Below, one piece after another: positions 1 to 9,288 of a stretch of DNA of 59,429 nt. Under the pieces are notes generated by a model. The model made no database searches, was not told where the DNA came from, and was given only the letters and a program-made list of their open reading frames with translations. This DNA comes from a virus (taxonomy: Duplodnaviria > Caudoviricetes), in the IMG/VR virus record IMGVR_UViG_3300049913_000005, positions 1 through 59,429 of that record. The stretch is one strand, 5' to 3'. Position 1 is the stretch's first letter. Every line of letters starts with the position of its first letter. Made by a program: the position numbers and the translations under genes.

Positions 1-127
1 TCGACGCGATGCAATGATCTGCGTGACGTTCAGTTTTGCGGCTTCCTCAATGACTCGCAGTGATGTCGCACCCACGCATAAACGCATTCTTCACCTCATC
101 CATGAGTTCTTGCGTCGTCTGGTTAGT
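1..127. repeat. 127-bp terminal direct repeat (assembly overlap; genome circular or circularly permuted, unit length 59302 bp)
   Basis: 1-127 is identical to 59303-59429; the HAD and GatZ-like ORFs join across the junction; 127 is a common assembler k-mer size. Confidence 0.95.
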
Positions 128-610
128 ATAGTGAATGAATGTCCAGTTGTCTGGCAGATCGATACCATACGTCTGGTCATCAATGTAGACACCGGGAACT
201 TGTAGGTATTGAATAAGTTCCATCTTACGCGGTGTTCTCACATTGCTAAATGCAATGGTAAACGGCCATGTATGGTTATTTGCGCGCAATACATCGATGG
301 TGCCGGCAGGTGCACCCGACATGATGCCTAATGTGTAATCATTACGTAGATGGTATGCCGCAATGTACGCATGTGTATATGGCGCGTCACCATTTCGAAT
401 GCCGGCGAGATATTTCATTGACTTTGTGCGACGTATCTGTGCGACAAATTCATCGCCGACCTGTTCCGCGAGCCATTGATTACCTTCGCGTGCCAGCACA
501 TTTCGTGGTGGTTCAACGCCAGCGGCACGATATGATTCTTCGATGAGATGTTCAGAGTCGATCAGTACACCATCAAGATCAAAAATTACCATAGGTTTAG
601 ATGTAAGCAT
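47..610 (-). CDS. HAD-family phosphatase, first gene of the sugar/DNA-modification operon
   Basis: N-terminal FDLDGVLIDS (DxD motif I), late YIDD motif; its 3' end overlaps the start of the GatZ-like gene across the circular junction. Confidence 0.85.
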   Translation of the reverse strand: MLTSKPMVIFDLDGVLIDSEHLIEESYRAAGVEPPRNVLAREGNQWLAEQVGDEFVAQIRRTKSMKYLAGIRNGDAPYTHAYIAAYHLRNDYTLGIMSGAPAGTIDVLRANNHTWPFTIAFSNVRTPRKMELIQYLQVPGVYIDDQTYGIDLPDNWTFIHYTNQTTQELMDEVKNAFMRGCDITASH

Positions 611-643
611 ATGATCCGTCCTATTTCAATGATCGTCATTCAT

Positions 644-652
644 ACTATACCA
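644..652 (-). promoter_or_regulatory. Putative extended -10 promoter (TGG-TATAGT) for the modification operon
   Basis: TGn-TAnnnT upstream of the HAD start; similar TGGTAYRAT elements at 16933, 30790 and 36211 precede the lysin, capsid and tail chaperone genes. Confidence 0.4.
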
Positions 653-660
653 CAACTTCG

Positions 661-736
661 TTCCCCCGGCAGGAATCGAACTTGCTCTTACTTCTTTCAG
701 ACGATGTAGTATGCCCACACCATGGGCCACGGGGGA
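661..736 (-). ncRNA. tRNA-like RNA or pseudo-tRNA with a degenerate anticodon arm
   Basis: Acceptor stem TCCCCCG/CGGGGGA, D-stem GCCC/GGGC, T-loop TTCGATT; the anticodon region forms only TACT/AGTA around a 15-nt loop. Confidence 0.65.
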
Positions 737-742
737 AGTATA

Positions 743-1312
743 TCAGAAGGGCAACGGTGGAGTAATGTTACTCTTTGGCATATCGATTGTCGACGCCGTC
801 AGACCGGTCAGAACTCCCGGAACACCAGGCGTAGATGCCGCTGAGACGCCCGTCGGCACTCCAGGAACGCCGACCGTTGGAACACCAAAGCTACCTGCGC
901 CGGGACCGCCAGAGGCCATCGAGAACGTCTCGATGTTATTTCGTGTCTGGCCATTCCACTCTCTGTGTCCAATCTTAGCGTGAACCTTTCGACCAACCAG
1001 CGCAGCGGCGATCTGCTCCATCGACGGTTCCTGGTCGAAGAAGTTACCGTCGAGACCGAATGCTTCCATCGCAGCAAAGAAAAACGAAAGTGCGATGGCG
1101 CTATCGGGCGTCAGGTTGAATGTGTGGAACATCGTCTTACCATGTGATGGTCCACCGTCAACACGTAGCTGCGCGTTGATCTTCGGGTTACCCGATGTCG
1201 CGGCGGTACCCGCTTCGGCCTTCACAACTTCGAGATCATATTCACCATCAGGCGCCGGCTTCGTCGCATCATCCGCTGACTTCTTCAGGTCTTTCCAGTT
1301 GATCGAACTCAC
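743..1312 (-). CDS. DUF669-type single-stranded DNA-binding protein
   Basis: PDGEYDLEV...SGNPKI pattern, Gly/Pro-rich tail ending PLPF, adjacent to Sak4-like ATPase. Confidence 0.8.
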   Translation of the reverse strand: MSSINWKDLKKSADDATKPAPDGEYDLEVVKAEAGTAATSGNPKINAQLRVDGGPSHGKTMFHTFNLTPDSAIALSFFFAAMEAFGLDGNFFDQEPSMEQIAAALVGRKVHAKIGHREWNGQTRNNIETFSMASGGPGAGSFGVPTVGVPGVPTGVSAASTPGVPGVLTGLTASTIDMPKSNITPPLPF

Positions 1313-2121
1313 TACTGTTCCTCCATACTTGTGCGTACACCGGCGTTATCGTACACGGTCTGCATCATGTGCGTAATATTAGGTTCAGTAATTACATCAG
1401 GTAATGTACCCTGAACACGTTCGCCTGTCTCGTATTGCGGATGCGGTCCGATGAGTAGACGACGTACCTTTCGCGTGGGCTGACCTTGTTCATCAGATTC
1501 TTGGTCGACATAAAGATAACCGCAGATGTCTACCCAATACGGCAATGAACTTTTAATCTGTCCCTGCATGTACGGCTTCCACCTTCCCCCTTCCCCCTGG
1601 GTGGTCTCGGCAATGATGACGACACATCGAACCGGTAGACCGGCGATAAGTGTAAGATCGCGGTATCCACGAATGAGGTCATCCATTTTCGTAAGTAATG
1701 TACCCCAGTCCTGAATCTTCATTGCCTCAGTGCCAACGAGATTCTTCTTACACCGTCGCTGAACCTCAGTTACCGAATCGATCACGATGGACTGGAATTG
1801 ATGTGGAGCCTGCGTAAGCCAAGCGTACGCTTGCTGCAATGTGGCCCAGTCATTCACGACAACATGACAGACGTCCCACGTACCGTCATACTGTGGTGGT
1901 GGCCCGCTTACTGGATTCCACTTACGCTTACGAAGTGGTGCGCCATTGAAGTTCACGCGACCGATGAACTTCCAACTTCCTTCTGCGTCGAGTACCAAGA
2001 TTGGTGTTGGTGCAGACGACGTAAGTGTTGACTTCCCAGCTTTACTGGCTGCATGTATCAGCATTGAAATGCATTCATCCGGTGTGAACACACGTGTAGC
2101 ATGCGCATTCAGATCCGTCAC
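1312..2121 (-). CDS. AAA_24 / Sak4-like ATPase (recombinase)
   Basis: Walker A-like ASKAGKST, LDAEGS, IVIDS Walker B; lies between exonuclease and SSB. Confidence 0.8.
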   Translation of the reverse strand: MTDLNAHATRVFTPDECISMLIHAASKAGKSTLTSSAPTPILVLDAEGSWKFIGRVNFNGAPLRKRKWNPVSGPPPQYDGTWDVCHVVVNDWATLQQAYAWLTQAPHQFQSIVIDSVTEVQRRCKKNLVGTEAMKIQDWGTLLTKMDDLIRGYRDLTLIAGLPVRCVVIIAETTQGEGGRWKPYMQGQIKSSLPYWVDICGYLYVDQESDEQGQPTRKVRRLLIGPHPQYETGERVQGTLPDVITEPNITHMMQTVYDNAGVRTSMEEQ

Positions 2122-2144
2122 GTCATACTCCTTTCATCATACAG

Positions 2145-3536
2145 TTATTCGATGTTAGTTGTAACGTCTTTCATATAGTAATCGAGTGGTTCACCTTTTG
2201 TATAGAGCTGGTGTAGCATCGCTTCGGATCGTGATCCATCGTCGATCATACTGCATACCGCCACAAATGGGCACTTCCAATGACAGTCACGTGATGGCGT
2301 CGGCACGACAACGTCATGATGATCGACACCATTAACGAGCAGACGTTCCGTATCATGAATCGTTACTACCGTGCGTGCGACATGCTTGCGGTAGTTCTCA
2401 ATAGTATGAGGATTATGACGTACCTCAGCACGACCGTAAAATGGTGGTTTTGCGGCTGCGGTACGCTTTACCTTACGCAGCATGTTATAGATCGCACCAC
2501 CACAACGCTCATCATTGTCTGTTGTGTTCAGCAACTCGAGCAAGTGATAATGCTTCATCTGCACATCAAGCGGTAGGTTACGCACAGGTGTCGTTAGATC
2601 CATGACCGTCTTATGGTCCATAAAACGACGAACACCATCGAGTCTATTCGTTAGACGTACGTCCAGTTTTCCGATAATCTTTGTGTCCGGATACCCAGGG
2701 GGCAGTTCAAGTACAGCCTCAATGTACATCTCAGCTGACACAACACTCAGTTCAGTGTCTGCACCAGTCTCTTCGAGCCACTCCATATACCCAGAGATCA
2801 TTGCACGTTCGAGGTTAGCTTCGGTGTTAAAGTCCTTACTGAATCGTGCGATCTCAATACTTTCTTCGCCATATGTGCGAACAAGTGTTGTCCAGTCATT
2901 CGTGATACAACGTTCAAGTGCGATCTTTGGGTCGAGCGGAACGATGCCATCTGGTGTGTACCACGCCTGTAGTGCACGATGAATACGATTGCCAATGGCG
3001 AGTGCACCCAGGGGGGACTGCTGTCGCAACCGTAGACCTAGGTACCATCCGAGGTACCATCGACGTTGGCATTCTTCGAATGTTCGCATCTCAGAGTTAG
3101 AAAACAACCGATATCCGGCGTTCGGATCCGGCCCAAGAAGTGTCGCATTCGCACCGTGAAGTGCGATAGCACGTTCAAGGTCGTGCGGTGAGACCGTCTC
3201 AGACTTGCTACGTAGATGCGTCCAGTCGATACCATTGGCTACCGGTGCAACTGGCTTGTCGATGGTCTCAACAGGTTCTACCGGTGCCGTAGTTGTATCG
3301 GACGGAACAGATGCGACGGCTGGTTGTGTTGTTTCCCCCTGGGTGTCAGCGCGTTCGCCGTCATATGGTCCAAGTAGACGTTCGAGTTCGACAAGTTCGT
3401 CCGCACTGACCGTACGGCCCATACCTTTTTCAATTGCATATACTCGACCATTCTTAATGTTGGTGACATCAGAGATGTTTCGACGTGACAACTTACATTC
3501 AGTTCGTCGACCTGTCATCCACTCGGCGATGGTCAT
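2145..3536 (-). CDS. PD-(D/E)XK RecB/Cas4-like exonuclease with N-terminal XRE-type HTH
   Basis: GKLD...DHKT nuclease motif, GNRIH, C-terminal CHWKCPFVAVC Cys cluster; N-terminal HTH-like helices. Confidence 0.8.
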   Translation of the reverse strand: MTIAEWMTGRRTECKLSRRNISDVTNIKNGRVYAIEKGMGRTVSADELVELERLLGPYDGERADTQGETTQPAVASVPSDTTTAPVEPVETIDKPVAPVANGIDWTHLRSKSETVSPHDLERAIALHGANATLLGPDPNAGYRLFSNSEMRTFEECQRRWYLGWYLGLRLRQQSPLGALAIGNRIHRALQAWYTPDGIVPLDPKIALERCITNDWTTLVRTYGEESIEIARFSKDFNTEANLERAMISGYMEWLEETGADTELSVVSAEMYIEAVLELPPGYPDTKIIGKLDVRLTNRLDGVRRFMDHKTVMDLTTPVRNLPLDVQMKHYHLLELLNTTDNDERCGGAIYNMLRKVKRTAAAKPPFYGRAEVRHNPHTIENYRKHVARTVVTIHDTERLLVNGVDHHDVVVPTPSRDCHWKCPFVAVCSMIDDGSRSEAMLHQLYTKGEPLDYYMKDVTTNIE

Positions 3537-5425
3537 GCGTACTCGCTTAGATCGGTTGAAAGAATAAGTTGTTCCTCGGCATCAAGTTGCTGTGTACTGC
3601 CGCCTGCAGCAATGATGGTCGCACGTGCACGCATAATTTCTTCGAGTCTGTTCATCTTCTCATAGAGCATATCCATCTGACGGTTCTCCACAGTGCCATT
3701 AGTGACGATATGCACAACAAGAATAGACTCGTGATGTTCAGAACCAATGCGATGAACACGATTCTCAGCTTGGACATAATCAATCATCGAATCAGGTCGC
3801 TGGATAAAGATGATGGTATCGGCTGCCGTCATTGTAAGACCGGTTCCGCCGGCTTTCACGGTGAAAAGTAACACACGCAGATCACCGGCTTGGAATGCAG
3901 CGAGATTACGATCACGATCACGTTGGTTAACGGCACCAGTGATGAGACCGTATGGTATGTTCTCGGCGCTGAGACGTGCGGCCGCAAGTTCGATAAGTTG
4001 TCGGTGTTCGGCCGCAATGACGATCGGCTTAGGTCCAAGTTCATCCATGCAGATCAAAAGTTCGTCTATCTTCGGTGATGGTTCACAAGGTGTAACATGC
4101 CATCCAGACCAGTCATCGGTTGATATGTCGACTGGTCGTTCAATGGTACAGTATGATGATGCAAGTTGCATGAGGCGTCCACGACGCACCAGACGTGATG
4201 GTGTTGATAAGAGTTCACCATCGTCAAGTTGTGTCTGCGCCATTGTACTAAGTTCCGCATACGCCTTGCGCTGTTTCGGCACCATCTCAACATACCGCAC
4301 AACACGGATACGCGGTGGAAGTTGTGGTAAGACGAGTGCCTTTGGCATCGCACGAAAGTGTGGATCGAGAATCTTAAAGAATTCAGTACGCTTGTCAGGT
4401 TGAATACCAATGACGTTAAGTCCACCGTACGCGTTCCATCCAGTCAGACAGTATCGATCGATGAACTTACCGCGTGTCGGATAATCGTTTGGCGCGATGC
4501 CATGCATGATCGACCAAAGGTCATCTGGCGCGTTCGCGATCGGTGTACCAGTCATTGCCCAACGACGAATAACCGATGACTGATGCATGACGGCCCAGCA
4601 TGCGCGTGTCTGTTTTGAATGTGGATCCTTGATGCGATGCGCCTCATCGATAATCACCGTCTTGAACAGAATCGCGTTCAGTTCCTTCTGATGCACATCA
4701 CATCGTGTTGACTTGAGATCCACATCACCAGTTCGTGGATCACATTCACGACACTTTACGAGTCGGATTGAACCGTAGCCTGCAAGACGTGAATGCATTC
4801 GCACGGCTTCAATGTTAATGATCACAAACGCCGTTGGGTCATTCTTTGCCTGTGCGAGTAGTTTTCGTTTTACTACTGGTCCACCTGTGATTACATATGG
4901 TGTCGATTCTGGATACCAGATGTTGATCTCTCGCTGCCAATGGGTCTTTACCGAATTGGGGCAGATCACAAGTGCCGGTAGTGCGTCATCTTGTCGTCTA
5001 AGTGCGGAGAGTGCCTGTATCGTCTTGCCAGTACCCATGTCATCGCCAAGCAATGCTTCACGATTATGTGTAAGAAATCGTGCGCCGATCTCTTGAAATG
5101 AGTACAACGGCGTAGTGTCTTTTCCATCGGTCGGTGCCGTCAATGATCGAAGAACAAGTGATGGTTCGATGTGGTTCGTATTATAGTCACGCGCCCACGC
5201 GATGATGCCATCGCCCAGGTGGAGATTTGCGCCAAAGACACCACGAAGAACAAGACATGAACTCCAACTAAGTGGAAGATTCCAGACGCCGGCTCGTGGT
5301 CGATTCCACACGGTGCCAGGCACGGTCTTAATAAGTTCACGTTCTTGCCATGTTGTCTGTACAATGATGTGTTGTATACCGGCATCTACCGCAACCTCAG
5401 CGAATGCCATGTGATCTCCAGTCAT
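3533..5425 (-). CDS. SNF2-family (SF2) helicase
   Basis: DDMGTGKT, DEAH, TGTP, QAENRVHRIG motifs. Confidence 0.93.
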   Translation of the reverse strand: MTGDHMAFAEVAVDAGIQHIIVQTTWQERELIKTVPGTVWNRPRAGVWNLPLSWSSCLVLRGVFGANLHLGDGIIAWARDYNTNHIEPSLVLRSLTAPTDGKDTTPLYSFQEIGARFLTHNREALLGDDMGTGKTIQALSALRRQDDALPALVICPNSVKTHWQREINIWYPESTPYVITGGPVVKRKLLAQAKNDPTAFVIINIEAVRMHSRLAGYGSIRLVKCRECDPRTGDVDLKSTRCDVHQKELNAILFKTVIIDEAHRIKDPHSKQTRACWAVMHQSSVIRRWAMTGTPIANAPDDLWSIMHGIAPNDYPTRGKFIDRYCLTGWNAYGGLNVIGIQPDKRTEFFKILDPHFRAMPKALVLPQLPPRIRVVRYVEMVPKQRKAYAELSTMAQTQLDDGELLSTPSRLVRRGRLMQLASSYCTIERPVDISTDDWSGWHVTPCEPSPKIDELLICMDELGPKPIVIAAEHRQLIELAAARLSAENIPYGLITGAVNQRDRDRNLAAFQAGDLRVLLFTVKAGGTGLTMTAADTIIFIQRPDSMIDYVQAENRVHRIGSEHHESILVVHIVTNGTVENRQMDMLYEKMNRLEEIMRARATIIAAGGSTQQLDAEEQLILSTDLSEYA

Positions 5426-5442
5426 AGGTCGTAAGTTGTTCG

Positions 5443-5895
5443 TTAGAAGTTAATAGTACCACGTGTCAAGAGCGATTGGTATACGTGGGGAAACTGTCGA
5501 AGAATGAGCAGCATAGCATGCCGCATTGCATCATTACCGTGAGTCATCTTCGGCATATAGAGTTTCGCGCGCCGAAGTGTATCATTCGTGATCATCTTAG
5601 CGTCAGATGCTGACTGTAACCGAAACACAGTGTTGCACTTACATGCCGCCGTCTCGATGGCACCGATAACATGTAATGCATCGGACTGACGTGTTGCACG
5701 TGTCGTCTGTCTCCCAATGATGTATCGTTCGCATGCGATGTATGTGGTAACATCATCTTGTACTGCGTTAAGCCAATTCGCCACCCACGTTATGGCATTA
5801 TCCGGCGTCTTTTCATACACGCCAAATCCATGTTTTTCGGTGACGTGTGCGATTCCGGTGGTACCCCCTGGGTCAATACCGATGATATCGATCAT
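5443..5895 (-). CDS. RuvC-like Holliday junction resolvase
   Basis: GIDPGGTTG N-terminus, internal E, HGNDA C-terminal acidic motif. Confidence 0.75.
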   Translation of the reverse strand: MIDIIGIDPGGTTGIAHVTEKHGFGVYEKTPDNAITWVANWLNAVQDDVTTYIACERYIIGRQTTRATRQSDALHVIGAIETAACKCNTVFRLQSASDAKMITNDTLRRAKLYMPKMTHGNDAMRHAMLLILRQFPHVYQSLLTRGTINF

Positions 5896-6047
5896 GCTTC
5901 AAACTTACCCATACCGTCACAGTCAGGACACCCAACCCATCTAGCATGCACACCGGTAGGTTGACCTTCTTCGTAAATTTTACCTTTGCCGTTGCATGTA
6001 TCGCATTCTTCATATTCATGGTCATCTTCAATGATTATGATCGTCAT
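5892..6047 (-). CDS. Small DnaJ-like zinc-finger protein (51 aa; not in the supplied ORF track)
   Basis: Translates MTIIIIEDDHEYEECDTCNGKG...CPDCDGMGKFEA with two CxxCxGxG motifs; ATGA overlaps with both neighbours. Confidence 0.7.
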   Translation of the reverse strand: MTIIIIEDDHEYEECDTCNGKGKIYEEGQPTGVHARWVGCPDCDGMGKFEA

Positions 6048-7840
6048 GTGTTATCTTCCACCCAATCTGTCTTCATTCCCCATCGTTCACCATGTGCGAT
6101 GCTAGCGGTGATGGGAACGGATAGCATCGTGTCATCGTTCATAATACTCGTAAGAGTATGAACGACATCATTCACATCGTCTTTTGGTACATCGAGAATG
6201 ATCTCATCGTGTACCGGCACCAACATGTACGGTCCAAGACCGGCAGCGTCAAGTTGAAGAATCTTCATCTTAAAGATCTCAGCCGCCGTACCCTGAATAA
6301 GGTAATTTACAAGTGCATACACCTTGTTAGCATCTGCTACAAAACGTCGTCCAGTTACCGGTGAGACGGCGTATGGTAGACCTTCAGTCTTCTGACGTTG
6401 CCACGCAATGTGACTTACGCCGTCTTGGAACCGTTTTACTTCAGGATAGAGTGCGTTCCATCGCTGGAAGAACGCACGTCCTCGATCTTCATCGATACCT
6501 GCAGTCTTTGAGAACTTCGGCACACTAGCACCGTAGATGGTGGCATATCCTCCGTTCTTCGTGATTTGTCGTCGCGGGTCTTTTCGCCCCAATGTAGTAT
6601 CGTCGAAGATCTGTCGCGCCAGGTTCACAAAGAAGTCGATATCGGGATTGCGGAATGCATCGATCATCGCGGTGCAGCCGGCGAATGCCGCGAGAAGACG
6701 CATCTCAATCTGACCAAAGTCACAGAGAATAAGCCGATGACCTTCACGCGCTATGACGCAGTTTCGTACAATTGCCGCGCTTGGATTACTTTCAGAACGT
6801 CGCGGAAGATTCTGTAGGTTCGGTCGTTCCATCGACATTCGACCGGTACGTGCGCCAAGTGTGTTGATTGATGGATGAATGTTCGAATCGCTATCTACTT
6901 CATCAATGAAGTGACTCAAATATGTAGATGACAACTTCTGATGCTGTCGGTAACTGAGTACAGTCTGCGCAAGAGGATGATCTATTCCGGCAAGTACCTC
7001 TTTATCGAGTGAGATTGCACCTGATGCCGTTTGTTTATTGAACTTGAACCCAGCATCTTGAAGTATCTTGACAATGGCGGCATTGCCACCAGGTCCTACA
7101 TTGTAGTTTGTCTTGATCCAAGCGGCGTGCGTAGCGACACGTTCGTCAAACTTACATTTATGATCACGAGCATAATCAACATCGATATGAACACCATGTA
7201 CCTCCATGTTCTCAATGACCCATTGAACACCGTTCTCAAGATCATATGACTTGGGATACATTTCATTAATGATAGGCGCGTGCCGTGCCTTAAGATGGCG
7301 TGTCAATACTGTATCGAGTGCAGCATACTGCCAATAAGGCCCAAACGTAAGAGGAACCGTCGCCCAGTCGAATGCGCCGCGGTTGCCAAACGCTAAGCCG
7401 AGCTGTCCCTGTGCGCCAGCCGCGAGTGCATCGATGTGACGCGCCGTCTGCGACTTCAACGCACCAGACATATGCGGTTCGAGAATGTGTGACATGACAC
7501 GTGTATCATCAATACGATGTGTTGGAACGTCGACACCGTCAGCACGCAGCATACCGTGATCGAACTTCGCATTATGCATGTCGAATCGACCTGAATATTT
7601 AGTAATGACTTCTTTGAAAAGACCACGCCAATCTTCCCATGGAATCGCCCAACCGTGTTGGAACCCACCAACTTGCGCGAGCCGAATGTGATCTTTACCA
7701 CGAACGAGACCGGTTGTCTCCGTGTCCACGGCGATACTGTCAACAGCATCTTCAGTTCCAAGCCAGCGTATCAATTCACTTGCGGTCTCGAAATCATCAA
7801 CGAGATGTAGTTCGACGTCATCAAGTCCGTGGGGAGACAA
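6044..7840 (-). CDS. polA: Family A DNA polymerase with 3'-5' exonuclease domain
   Basis: Exo DTET/HNAKFD/YAALD; TGRMS..PNLQN, motif A DFGQIEMR, motif B KNGGYATIYG, motif C VHDE. Confidence 0.95.
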   Translation of the reverse strand: MSPHGLDDVELHLVDDFETASELIRWLGTEDAVDSIAVDTETTGLVRGKDHIRLAQVGGFQHGWAIPWEDWRGLFKEVITKYSGRFDMHNAKFDHGMLRADGVDVPTHRIDDTRVMSHILEPHMSGALKSQTARHIDALAAGAQGQLGLAFGNRGAFDWATVPLTFGPYWQYAALDTVLTRHLKARHAPIINEMYPKSYDLENGVQWVIENMEVHGVHIDVDYARDHKCKFDERVATHAAWIKTNYNVGPGGNAAIVKILQDAGFKFNKQTASGAISLDKEVLAGIDHPLAQTVLSYRQHQKLSSTYLSHFIDEVDSDSNIHPSINTLGARTGRMSMERPNLQNLPRRSESNPSAAIVRNCVIAREGHRLILCDFGQIEMRLLAAFAGCTAMIDAFRNPDIDFFVNLARQIFDDTTLGRKDPRRQITKNGGYATIYGASVPKFSKTAGIDEDRGRAFFQRWNALYPEVKRFQDGVSHIAWQRQKTEGLPYAVSPVTGRRFVADANKVYALVNYLIQGTAAEIFKMKILQLDAAGLGPYMLVPVHDEIILDVPKDDVNDVVHTLTSIMNDDTMLSVPITASIAHGERWGMKTDWVEDNT

Positions 7841-8495
7841 CGACTACCTCCAACCCACAGTCGCGCATGAATTCCATCCACTTAAGCGGATCGCGATACA
7901 GTACGTGTTCTTGCGATGATGTATCGATAACAACGCGAGAAAGACCTGAGTTCGCGATCAATTTAGCGCACGTTGAACAGACAGATGACGTAACATAGAT
8001 GGTGCCGAACTGTCGTGCTGAACGATCACAGACGATAAGTGCGTTAGCCTCAGCATGTAATGACACACAATCATCATATTCTTTGTCAAGTACTGGACCG
8101 TCATAACCCCAGCATCCACACAAGCTACATGCATCTGGTGCTTCATGCGCACCGCTATGATCAATATGTATATGTCCACACTTACACATTGCGCGTGAAC
8201 GTTTACACCAGTTCACACATGGCGACGGATCAGGTCGATCACGTATGTCTTCAATTCCGCAATCATCACGGAAGAAACCCCATGGTGGACCGTTATATCC
8301 AGTCGCTACAACACGATTATCCGAGTCAATGATAACCGCACCTACTTGATCACGATTACACAATGATCTGTGTGACATCACGTGTGCGATCGCTAGCCAC
8401 GTCTGATCCCACGACGGGCGTGAGAACGGTTTCATCGGCGGATCGTTCGTCCGCGCAGACATACTGTCGGAGTTGTTCATGGTACCATGCCTCAC
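7821..8495 (-). CDS. dCMP deaminase with Cys/His-rich insertion (true start may be slightly downstream)
   Basis: RPSWD..W, QVGAVI, TGYNG, HAEANA, CSTC zinc motif. Confidence 0.9.
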   Translation of the reverse strand: MRHGTMNNSDSMSARTNDPPMKPFSRPSWDQTWLAIAHVMSHRSLCNRDQVGAVIIDSDNRVVATGYNGPPWGFFRDDCGIEDIRDRPDPSPCVNWCKRSRAMCKCGHIHIDHSGAHEAPDACSLCGCWGYDGPVLDKEYDDCVSLHAEANALIVCDRSARQFGTIYVTSSVCSTCAKLIANSGLSRVVIDTSSQEHVLYRDPLKWMEFMRDCGLEVVVVSPRT

Positions 8496-9288
8496 TTGGT
8501 GTCAGATCGTAAAACTTATCAGTATCACGTGTCGTAACATATTTCGCACGATTCATGATATGTTCAATATCGTGACCGTGTCGTCCAAACCCATGGGGGT
8601 GATACGGCAATTGTTCCGATGGCGCATGAAGTTTGTCGACATCACATAAGTTACGTTCGTATATGTGCAACGACCACACCATGTGCGTATACAACCCAGG
8701 GGGAATATTCAGCGCATTCGCCACGGTTAACTGCAATTGCGTGAACTGGAAAAGATCATACGCAAACCCAAGCCATACGTCGTTCGATCGCATCACGGTA
8801 TTCATGCATAACATACCGTCAATGATCGTAAAGTCAAACCCAACGGTGCACGGATAGTCGCGTTTCAACGGTCGATTGTCGACGTGTGGTTGCCATAGCG
8901 TTACAACGGCCTGACGTGTGTCTGGATCCTCTTGTAGCTTTCGGATGACGTGTACCAACTGATTACCGATCCGCGTGCCGTACGCACCCCAGAACTGTCC
9001 ATCCGGTTCGATGAACTTCTGGAAATTCGGTGAGATACGAAGCATGAGATTCGGATCGGAGAATCCTCCGATAAGCTGCGCAGCCTCGACCGCACCGATA
9101 GAAGGTTTGACGCCACGACCGCATGCGTACGGCAATGAATGAATCGGGTCGGTGATCTCGATGAGGGTTGGACCTACGTCACGTGTTGGAATCCCCCTGG
9201 GTGTGCGACGTGTGCCAGCATGTGCGACCCATTGTACTAACTGCCAATAGTCTTGGTATCCTGACGTAAGGTGAATGACGGACGCCAT
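8356..9288 (-). CDS. Thymidylate-synthase-fold enzyme, probably a dCMP hydroxymethylase (T4 gp42-like)
   Basis: GAYG.R, DTRQAV, catalytic DYPCT, MRSNDVWLGFAYD (Asp where ThyA has Asn), SLHIYE. Confidence 0.8.
   Translation of the reverse strand: MASVIHLTSGYQDYWQLVQWVAHAGTRRTPRGIPTRDVGPTLIEITDPIHSLPYACGRGVKPSIGAVEAAQLIGGFSDPNLMLRISPNFQKFIEPDGQFWGAYGTRIGNQLVHVIRKLQEDPDTRQAVVTLWQPHVDNRPLKRDYPCTVGFDFTIIDGMLCMNTVMRSNDVWLGFAYDLFQFTQLQLTVANALNIPPGLYTHMVWSLHIYERNLCDVDKLHAPSEQLPYHPHGFGRHGHDIEHIMNRAKYVTTRDTDKFYDLTPSEAWYHEQLRQYVCADERSADETVLTPVVGSDVASDRTRDVTQIIV

Noticed and set aside
2145-3536. Cas4-like nuclease as evidence of a CRISPR system
   Set aside because: No repeat-spacer array or other cas genes were seen; the context (Sak4, SSB, helicase) is a standard phage recombination module
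8356-9288. Calling this gene thyA
   Set aside because: The specificity residue is Asp rather than Asn and the overall motifs fit the hydroxymethylase branch, so no gene symbol was assigned
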